A DNA stretch of 46,416 nucleotides, from assembly GCA_038240335.1 (NCBI GenBank), contig JBBSDV010000001.1, positions 1 to 46,416 on the forward strand, in the 5' to 3' direction. Under the pieces are notes generated by a model. The model searched no databases. It was not told where the DNA came from and was given only the letters and a program-made list of their open reading frames with translations. This document shows, piece by piece, positions 36,901 to 44,223 of the stretch; within the stretch, counting starts at the first letter, position 1; every line of letters begins with the position of its first letter. The DNA comes from Dehalococcoidia bacterium (GTDB taxonomy: Bacteria; Chloroflexota; Dehalococcoidia; DSTF01; JACRBR01). The position numbers and the translations under genes were made by a program.

Positions 36901-37235
36901 GTGCTCGATACAGCGCCCGGCTCGTGGCTCGTGCTGTTGTTGTACGGGTTGAGCGTGAGATCGGTGCGCTGTAGGTCGTCGAACGTCAGCTTGCTGATCG
37001 AGTAGTCGATCGTGTCGCCGGTGCTGAAAGCGGCGGTCGTGATCAGCGTCGCCAGCATCAGCCCGACGACCACGAGTCCGGTCTGAAGGCCACGCTTCGG
37101 CAGGTTGCGCAGCCCCATCTTGAACATGACACGGTTGGTGATGAATACGAACGCGACGCTCGCCAGCGCGACCGCGAAGATGGCGATGAGCACGTACATG
37201 ATGTCTTGCATCGGCAGGCCAAATAGCGATTTCAT
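33956..37235 (-). pseudogene. Large FtsX/MacB-type ABC transporter permease, interrupted by a frameshift near 36589-36598
   Basis: ORF 36300..37235 reads as a bona fide N-terminus (TM helix, periplasmic domain ...LSKQAADALDAKLGDTVSLF) and then turns into Arg-rich nonsense. My translation of the frame of ORF 33956..36484 upstream of its Met gives VGGQAHDAHVAGVVKDERAAGSTNAADARTPGGAA-MRLTTVQALTG..., which continues the protein sensibly. The two frames meet at GTGAGCTTGTTCG|GTAGGCGGCCAG, consistent with one extra or two missing nt. Confidence 0.7.
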
Positions 37236-37705
37236 GAGTTGCGGCCCTCCCCGACGATGACGCCATCGGACATGTGAATGAGGCGGTGGCAGCGCTTGCC
37301 GATGCCGGCGTCGTGGGTGACGATGACGAACGTCTGGCCCTGCTCCTGGTTGAGCTTCTCCATCAAGGTCATGATGTCGTTTGCGGTGCGCGAGTCGAGC
37401 GCGCCGGTCGGCTCGTCGGCCCAGACAATCGCCGGGTCGTTAACGAGCGAACGAGCGATCGTGACGCGCTGCCGCTGGCCGCCCGAGAGTTGCGACGGCC
37501 GCTCGTTCGCCTTTTCCGGCAGGCCGACCGTCTCGAGCGCCGCGAGCGCGCGCTTGCGGGATTCGTTCGTGTTTACGCCGGAGACGACGAGCGGCAGCTC
37601 GACGTTCTCGACCGCCGAAAGCACGGGCAGCAGGTTGTACGTCTGGAAGATGAAGCCCATGTTGTGGGCGCGGTAGGTCGTCTTCTGCTTGTCGTTCACA
37701 TCGCG
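37232..37705 (-). pseudogene. ABC transporter ATP-binding protein remnant (MacB/LolD-like), 5'-truncated with no Walker A
   Basis: From ...[26 protein letters not shown] (Q-loop) through LSGGQRQRV (signature), [10 protein letters not shown] (Walker B) and VTHD (H-loop). The ~45 residues carrying GxxGxGKS/T are missing. The upstream part of track ORF 37232..38035 is nonsense overlapping another gene's frame. The stop overlaps the permease ATG (ATGA). Confidence 0.7.
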
Positions 37706-38067
37706 ACGGTAGCGATCAGCGGCCAGTGGCCCCAGATGTACATCCAATTCGCCAACGTGACGATCCAGTGGTGGGTGACGACGTGGCGCTGGATGGCTGG
37801 CTCCCAGAAGAATCCAAGATGCTTCTCCAAGCCGACAATATAGACGGCATTCGACACCGCTCGCGCGTGGTCGCCTTCCGTAAAGCCGCGGACGAGGAAG
37901 TACGCGAAGTACGCAAACACAACGAGCGAAACCTGCTGGACGACCGCGGCACGCGGCGCGGCGGCCAACGCCGACAGCACGCGGCTCGGTGGCCGGTTGC
38001 GCTCGTACCGGCGAAAGGCTGGCGACTCCAGCCACATGTCGCCCTGGTTGCGTGTCATGATTGCCAT
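37696..38067 (-). pseudogene. PAP2-superfamily (inositolphosphotransferase-like) membrane protein fragment, 3'-truncated
   Basis: ATG 38067 follows AAGGAG by 7 nt. The product is [12 protein letters not shown]...[49 protein letters not shown]...[17 protein letters not shown]. This matches only the N-terminal ~120 aa of such proteins and ends exactly where the ATPase remnant begins. Confidence 0.55.
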
Positions 38068-38302
38068 CGCAATGCTCCTTACCGCCGTCTCCGGCGCTCC
38101 CGTCTCGATATAGCGATTGTCTCGCGACTGAGGGCGCGCGTAATCGACCTTGCGTCGGGGCTGGGGCTGGTGCTTCTGCCTCAGCCCGCCTCCGCCGAAC
38201 GGCGGAGCATTGCCGGGCGATGACGTCGTGACGGAAGTGATCATTGAGGCGACGGCTGCGCTAAACTGGCACTACCAACTCGCACACTCCCGGAGCAGAC
38301 GC

Positions 38303-39196
38303 ATGGAACTCGGCCGCCTCCTCACCGCCATGATCACGCCGTTCACGCGCGATGGCGCCGTCGACTACGCGCAGGCGCGTCGCCTGGCGCTGGCGCTGCT
38401 CGATTGCGGATCAGGCGGCATCGTCGTCACCGGCACGACGGGCGAGGCGCCGACGCTGACCATTCCTGAGAAGATCCGGCTCTGGCAGGAAGTAAAAGAG
38501 GCGGTCGGCGACCGCGCGGCCGTGATCGCCGGTTCCGGCGACAACTGCACGGCCGACAGCGTCGACCTCAGCCGAGAGGCAGTGCGCACCGGCGTCGACG
38601 CGCTGCTGCTCACGGTGCCCTACTACAACAAGCCGACACAGGAGGGCATGTTCCGGCACTTCGCTGCGATCGCCGACGCCGTCGAACTGCCGTGCATCCC
38701 GTATAACGTCCCGAGCCGCACAGGCGTCAACATGAACGCGGATACGCAGCTGCGGCTCGCGCGACACGGCAACATCGCCGGCGTCAAGGAAGCGAGCGGC
38801 GACATGGCGCAGATCGCGCTGATCATCGAGGATGCGCCGCCGCAGTTCCGAGTTTGGTCGGGCAACGACGAGGACACGTTCGCCGTCGTCTCGCTCGGCG
38901 GCTACGGCGTGATCAGCGTGACGAGCCACATCGTCGGCCGCCAGATCGCCGCGATGATTGCCCATCTCCTCGCTGGCCGGATCGGCGAAGCCGCCAAGCT
39001 GCACAGGCGGTTGCTGCCGCTGAACGACGCGCTCTTCTGCGTCACGAACCCGATCCCGCTCAAGTACGCTCTCAACCAGCTAGGCTTCGAGGCCGGACCA
39101 TTCCGGCTGCCGCTGTGCGAGCCGGACGAGGCATCGGCGCACCGCATCATCGCCGAGCTGCATCGCCATACCATCGACCTCCCGCTGCCGGTCTAG
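38303..39196 (+). CDS. dapA: 4-hydroxy-tetrahydrodipicolinate synthase
   Basis: TGTTGE, YNVPSRTG, GVKEASGD (Schiff-base Lys). The start is taken at ATG 38303 (MELGRLLTAMITPF), with GGAG 8 nt upstream. Confidence 0.9.
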   Translation: MELGRLLTAMITPFTRDGAVDYAQARRLALALLDCGSGGIVVTGTTGEAPTLTIPEKIRLWQEVKEAVGDRAAVIAGSGDNCTADSVDLSREAVRTGVDALLLTVPYYNKPTQEGMFRHFAAIADAVELPCIPYNVPSRTGVNMNADTQLRLARHGNIAGVKEASGDMAQIALIIEDAPPQFRVWSGNDEDTFAVVSLGGYGVISVTSHIVGRQIAAMIAHLLAGRIGEAAKLHRRLLPLNDALFCVTNPIPLKYALNQLGFEAGPFRLPLCEPDEASAHRIIAELHRHTIDLPLPV

Positions 39197-39197
39197 C

Positions 39198-40226
39198 ATG
39201 GCCGAAACGCAATCAGCTCATCGGCTGATCCTCGGCATCGAGACATCGTGCGACGAGACCGCTGCCGCGGTCGTCGAGGATGGACGGACGCTGCGCTCGA
39301 ACGTCATCGCATCGCAGTTCCACCTGCACGCACAGTACGGCGGCGTCGTGCCGGAGGTAGCATCGCGGCACCATCTCGAAGTGATCCTGCAGGTCGTCGA
39401 TGCGGCGCTGGCGGAGGCGCAGGTAACGTGGCGCGACCTCACCGCCGTCGCCGTTACCGCCGGGCCGGGGTTGGCGGGCGCCCTGCTGGTCGGCGTCAAC
39501 ACAGCGAAGGCGCTGGCTTACGCGCACGACCTGCCACTGCTTGGCGTCAACCATCTCGAGGCGCACCTGTACGCGAATTGGCTCCAGGTCGACGGCCGTG
39601 ACTACGTCGTGCCCGAGCTGCCCGCGCTCGGCCTCATCGTCAGCGGCGGCCACACGGATATCGTCCTGATGTCGGATCACGGGGTCTATCGGCGCCTCGG
39701 GCGCACGCGCGACGACGCCGCAGGGGAAGCTTTCGATAAGGTCGGCCGGCTGCTCGGTCTCGGGTTCCCCGGCGGGCCAGCGATCGAGCGCACTGCGCGC
39801 GAGTCCGGAACGCCGCGGCTGCGCCTGCCGCGAGCGTGGCTGAAGGGGACCGACGACTTCTCGTTCAGCGACCTCAAGACAGCGGTCCTGCACGTCGTAC
39901 GAAACGAGGATGCGCCTGCGCCGCCGGTACCCGAGATCGCCTCGGCGTTCCAGACGGCCGTGATCGACGTACTGACGAGGAAGGCGGTGAGGGCGGCCGA
40001 GCGCGAAGGGGTGCGCAGCATGCTGCTTTCGGGCGGGGTCGCCGCTAACCGGGCGCTACGCGACCTGCTCGTACAACGGTCCCCGGTGCCGGTCTTTACG
40101 CCGCCACCCGTCCTCTGCACCGACAACGGCGCGATGATCGCCGCCTGCGCCCACTACCGGTACGACGCGCTCGTGGCCGGCTGGGACCTCGACCCGCAAC
40201 CCGGCATGAAGGTCGTTGGCAGCTGA
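39198..40226 (+). CDS. tsaD: tRNA N6-adenosine threonylcarbamoyltransferase
   Basis: LGIETSCDETAAAV, NHLEAHL, and the typical Kae1/TsaD length. It starts 1 nt after the dapA stop. Confidence 0.9.
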   Translation: MAETQSAHRLILGIETSCDETAAAVVEDGRTLRSNVIASQFHLHAQYGGVVPEVASRHHLEVILQVVDAALAEAQVTWRDLTAVAVTAGPGLAGALLVGVNTAKALAYAHDLPLLGVNHLEAHLYANWLQVDGRDYVVPELPALGLIVSGGHTDIVLMSDHGVYRRLGRTRDDAAGEAFDKVGRLLGLGFPGGPAIERTARESGTPRLRLPRAWLKGTDDFSFSDLKTAVLHVVRNEDAPAPPVPEIASAFQTAVIDVLTRKAVRAAEREGVRSMLLSGGVAANRALRDLLVQRSPVPVFTPPPVLCTDNGAMIAACAHYRYDALVAGWDLDPQPGMKVVGS

Positions 40227-40274
40227 ATCTGGTCGCATGGTCGCTGGTTCAACCAGGAACTACAAACGACAAAC

Positions 40275-41366
40275 TCACATCGAAACGGCTTGCCCCGTTC
40301 GTGCGGACTCATAGATCGCATCGACGACCCGATGCGCTTCGACAGCGACACCGAAGTCGAGCCAGCTCGGGCGATCTTCGCTGACAGCTTTGAGGAAGGT
40401 GTAGTCCTCGAGCAGGTACGCCTGGCCGAGATCGTGGGGGATGACCGCTTCCCTGAGGCGCTCGTCCGTCACCGGAAAGCTCTCGATGAAGCGCGCGATC
40501 ACCTCGTCCGACGACAGATCGCGTCGGTCGCCGGTGGTGTTCGTCTCGCAGCGGATCGCGCCGGCGTAGTCGTCGTCTTCCCACGAATACTGGGCGTTCA
40601 TGCACGCGACGTTCATGCGGCGGCTCGAGCCGCGGTGCAGCAGGTTGTGCCAGATCGATGTGTGGTTGACGACGACGCCGTTCTCGAACTCGAGCACGGC
40701 GCTGCTCATGTCCTCGACTCCTTCCTTCTCGAAGAAGTGGCGCGTCACGCCGTAGACGCGCGTGACGCGTCCGAAGTAGGAGAGGAGGATGTCGACATCG
40801 TGGATGGCGTGCTCGAGCAGGGTCCCGGCGCCCACCTTCGCGACGTCGCCGCGCCACGTGCTCGCGTAATGGCCCTGGATCGGGAAGAACTGGTCGTCGA
40901 CCATCGTGCACGTCATCGGCGCCCCCGACGCCGGGTCATTAATCAGGTCGCGCACCACCGCGATGACGGGCGAGAAGCGCATCACGAGGCCGACCTGGTG
41001 CGTGACATCGGCGGTCGCCGCGGCATCACGCATTCGCGCGGCATCGGCGGCGTTGAAAGCGAGCGGCTTCTCGCAGAACACGGCCTTGCCGCGGGCCATG
41101 GCCTTTGTCGCGAGATCGAGGTGATTGAAGGTCGGCGTGCAGATGTAGACGGTGTTGATCTCGGGCGACTCGATCAGCTCATCGGCGGACGCCGTGACGA
41201 GCGACGCACCGGAGGCGCTGGCGAAGACATCACGCCGCTGCGCATCCTCCTCGGCGATGCCGACGAGCTCGCCGTCGATCAGCCCGCTCTTCAGGCAAAA
41301 ATGGATGCACTTGCCATGCGTCGTGCCCATGACGCCGGCGCCGATGATGCCGATTCGTGGTCGCAT
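40275..41366 (-). CDS. Gfo/Idh/MocA-family oxidoreductase
   Basis: IGIIGAGVMG Rossmann start and the FCEKPLA motif. Confidence 0.85.
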   Translation of the reverse strand: MRPRIGIIGAGVMGTTHGKCIHFCLKSGLIDGELVGIAEEDAQRRDVFASASGASLVTASADELIESPEINTVYICTPTFNHLDLATKAMARGKAVFCEKPLAFNAADAARMRDAAATADVTHQVGLVMRFSPVIAVVRDLINDPASGAPMTCTMVDDQFFPIQGHYASTWRGDVAKVGAGTLLEHAIHDVDILLSYFGRVTRVYGVTRHFFEKEGVEDMSSAVLEFENGVVVNHTSIWHNLLHRGSSRRMNVACMNAQYSWEDDDYAGAIRCETNTTGDRRDLSSDEVIARFIESFPVTDERLREAVIPHDLGQAYLLEDYTFLKAVSEDRPSWLDFGVAVEAHRVVDAIYESARTGQAVSM

Positions 41367-41398
41367 GCACGCATCGTAGTAGGCTGTGCTAGTACGGG

Positions 41399-42820
41399 CT
41401 ACCCGCGCGCGCGGCCCGGGTCATCGGGCAAGAGCGGGTGCGTGAACTGGCGGCCGGCATCCGACAGGTCGCCGAGAAGGTTCTCACCGACGGGCTTCTT
41501 GCCGTTCTCGACCCAGTTCACGAGGTCCTCGAACGCCGAGATGCGCTCCTCCTGCGTGAAAATGCAATGGCCCGCGCGCCGAATCGCGCGCTGCACGAGC
41601 AGGTCGCCGGAGCCGGCCGCATCGACGATGCGCCGGTACGACTGCTCGAGGCTGATCGGCACGAAGAGGTCGCCCGTCCCATGGAGCGTCAGGTAGGGAC
41701 GTTGGATCTTGCCCGTGAAGTCGGCGAACTCGGGATACTTCGCCGCATCACGGTACTTCGGGTCGGCGGCGATACGCGAGACTTCGCGGTTCAGTTGATC
41801 GCTGCTGACCCCGTTGCCCTCGTCGATCGAGTACACGGTCGACTGGTTCTCGGCGACGGCATTCGAGATCGCGGGCTGTGCCGCCGCCTGCACAAGCAGT
41901 CCGAAGTTCAGGACGTAGTTGACGACGAAGCCCTCGCCGAAGAACGGCCGTGGTCCGCCGGTGAGGTGCTCGACGGCGTTCTCGAACGCCTTGCCCTTCG
42001 CCGTCAGGTCGTTCGGGGGGCCGAGCGTCGAGCCGATGTCGTTCTGCAGCACCTTGATCAGCTTGCCGGCGTCGCCCGTCAGCGAGAAAAGATCCTTGCC
42101 GGCGAAGTAGCCGGAGAGCGCAGCCCAGCTGATGAGGTAGTCGAGCTCCTCGTGTCCCGAGACGACGCCGCACTCGGACAGCGCGCCGTCGTACGCCGTC
42201 GGGTGCCGCTCCAGTGCGAGCGAGGTGACATGGCCGCCCATCGATTGCCCGTAGATGTAGCTTCGCTTCGGAGCACCGATCTTCTCGGCGAAGATGTCCC
42301 GCAGGCGGTATGTGTCGTTCTCGGCCGTGCCTGGATCGTACCCATTGGCGCTGTAGCTCGACGCCGCCCAGGCGTACCCGTGCGAGATCAGGTAATCGCG
42401 GATCGGCGGCGCTTCCACAGTGAGGTCGCGCCCATTCCCACGAAAGCCGTGCGCGAAGTACAAGACGCTGCCGTTCCAGGCATCCGGCACCTCGATCTTA
42501 TAGCCGGCGCGCGGATAGTCCCCTCCCGCGGTCTCGCCGAAGATCGCGCGCGCACCGGGAAGTGCATCGAACTTTGGATCCGCAACCGAGAACTCCAGTG
42601 CGATCGGCGCGACCGACAGCATTGACGGCGTCTGCCAGCCGTCATGGGAGGCACCGCCCTGCGCTGCGCCCGCACCGCCGACGACCGGACTGGCGGCCGC
42701 GGTGGCTACGGCAGCGTTCGCAGGGGGCTTGCTGCTGCCGCCGGTACATGCGACCAGCAGCAGTACGCTCACGATACAGATCGTCAACGCGAGTGATGGC
42801 TTAGTGGCCGCCATGTTCAT
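41399..42820 (-). CDS. Alpha/beta-hydrolase lipoprotein
   Basis: Lipobox LLVAC after a signal peptide. Nucleophile elbow GQSMGG. C-terminal LHGTGDLFVP and GHC. Confidence 0.75.
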   Translation of the reverse strand: MNMAATKPSLALTICIVSVLLLVACTGGSSKPPANAAVATAAASPVVGGAGAAQGGASHDGWQTPSMLSVAPIALEFSVADPKFDALPGARAIFGETAGGDYPRAGYKIEVPDAWNGSVLYFAHGFRGNGRDLTVEAPPIRDYLISHGYAWAASSYSANGYDPGTAENDTYRLRDIFAEKIGAPKRSYIYGQSMGGHVTSLALERHPTAYDGALSECGVVSGHEELDYLISWAALSGYFAGKDLFSLTGDAGKLIKVLQNDIGSTLGPPNDLTAKGKAFENAVEHLTGGPRPFFGEGFVVNYVLNFGLLVQAAAQPAISNAVAENQSTVYSIDEGNGVSSDQLNREVSRIAADPKYRDAAKYPEFADFTGKIQRPYLTLHGTGDLFVPISLEQSYRRIVDAAGSGDLLVQRAIRRAGHCIFTQEERISAFEDLVNWVENGKKPVGENLLGDLSDAGRQFTHPLLPDDPGRARG

Positions 42821-42976
42821 TCACGCACCCATCCATTCACGGTTGATCGTGCCGGCATGGCTTCCTTCCCGTTGCTGTCGACAATTAGTACGAGTTCGAC
42901 AAGCACCCGGACGTGCGGACGATGCGTGCTCTGTAAGACCTGCTCGGAGCTTCGATGACCCCGTGACCCGCGACGG

Positions 42977-43894
42977 CTATCCCGCTGCGTCGGAGATTCC
43001 GGCTGCAATCGCCGCCGGCGAGAAATCGCGGTTGGCCAGCACATCCGTCACGAAGTCGCGGATGTTCGGGACAACGTACTCGCTTGCGAGATCGGAGTGG
43101 CCGTAGCCGGGGAACGTCACGAACCGCTTCGGCTGCGGCGCGGCATCGAAGATGCGCCGGCCCATCGCTTCCGGCACGGTGCGATCGGCGTCACCGTGCA
43201 TCACCAGAAGTGGCCGGTCGAGGCGGCGGATCTTCGCGAGGTTGTCGAAGCGGGTCAGCGGTAGCCACGGCGCGAGGGCGAGCGCGTATCGGAATCGGTC
43301 ATCCCAATCGAGAATCATGTCGCGCATCGACGTGAACGGCGCGCGGAGGATGAGCCCGGCGCATGGCTCGCGCATCGCCATCTCCGTCGCCACTCCGGCA
43401 CCCATCGAGAAGCCGTAGAAGAAGATGCTGCGCGGATCGACTTCATCGCGCCCGTGGAGCCAGCCGAGTGCGGCTGCGCCATCGGTGTACGTCCCTTCCT
43501 CGCTGGCCGTGCCGCCGTTCCGTCCATAGCCGCGATAGTCGAACACGAAGAAGTTGCATGAAGTGCCGGAGAGAAACTCGTGGAACGCTGCAGCGCGCTC
43601 GTCCGTCACCCACATATCGCTCGCGTTGTAGCTTGTGCCGTGGAAGAACAGCAGCGTCGGCGCCGGGCTTCCGTCGGCGGTGCGCGGCTGCTTGAAGAAC
43701 CAGCCCTGCAGCTCGAGACCGTCCGCCGTGTACAGCGTCGCTTCCTCGTAGGGCCAGCCAACGGCGTCGGGCGGCTGCGGGTACCAGACACCCGTGTAGA
43801 ACAGGCGGGGCTTAATGAGCCGTTCGGACATCATCGTCAGCGCGATGCCCGGCACAGAAAATGACATCGTTGCGCTGAGAACCTGCTTGATCAT
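42977..43894 (-). CDS. Alpha/beta hydrolase (S9/BAAT-like serine hydrolase)
   Basis: GFSMGA nucleophile elbow, HGDADRTV, GYGHSD. The upstream 158 codons of track ORF 42977..44368 are low-quality. The start at ATG 43894 is a guess with no SD. Confidence 0.75.
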   Translation of the reverse strand: MIKQVLSATMSFSVPGIALTMMSERLIKPRLFYTGVWYPQPPDAVGWPYEEATLYTADGLELQGWFFKQPRTADGSPAPTLLFFHGTSYNASDMWVTDERAAAFHEFLSGTSCNFFVFDYRGYGRNGGTASEEGTYTDGAAALGWLHGRDEVDPRSIFFYGFSMGAGVATEMAMREPCAGLILRAPFTSMRDMILDWDDRFRYALALAPWLPLTRFDNLAKIRRLDRPLLVMHGDADRTVPEAMGRRIFDAAPQPKRFVTFPGYGHSDLASEYVVPNIRDFVTDVLANRDFSPAAIAAGISDAAG

Positions 43895-44131
43895 GCCGCA
43901 GTGTATCGAATGCGCAATTGCAGCCGCGTAAAGCGTTGACCTCCGAATCCCGCGTGCGAGACCTATCTTCGCGAACGCGCAGTGGTAGCGCGAAGGGCAG
44001 CGGGGTACTGACTCCCGCTCCGTCAGTGCACCACGATCAACGGCGACCGGCGACGGGCCGTGCTCTCGTTTGGCACCGTGTGGGTCGTGAAGCTTCCCGC
44101 GACCCTGCGGGAAGATGTGGGGCGAAGCGAC

Positions 44132-44171
44132 GAGAGCCGGAGCTTTTGCTCCGGCTCTCTCTTTCGTATTT
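44132..44171 (+). terminator. Canonical intrinsic-terminator shape on the plus strand (12-bp stem, TTTT loop, T-rich tail)
   Basis: GAGAGCCGGAGC tttt GCTCCGGCTCTC tctttcgtattt. It lies 53 nt beyond the stop (44224) of the minus-strand PT-repeat gene, but the U-rich tail is on the plus strand. Confidence 0.55.
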
Positions 44172-44223
44172 GACCGACTGTTCGCGCTCTCGGCACATGC
44201 AGGCACAAGCCGCGACGATAGCT

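Noticed and set aside
40244-40256. CTGGTT c AACCAG as a terminator between tsaD and the Gfo/Idh/MocA gene
   Set aside because: The loop would be 1 nt, leaving at most a 5-bp stem, and there is no U-tract. It is better explained as the junction of two opposed heptamer tracts.
43977-43991. GCGCAGTGGTAGCGC, which looks like a tRNA D-arm
   Set aside because: No acceptor stem, no 7-nt anticodon loop with U33, and no GGTTCGAATCC-type T-arm could be built around it.
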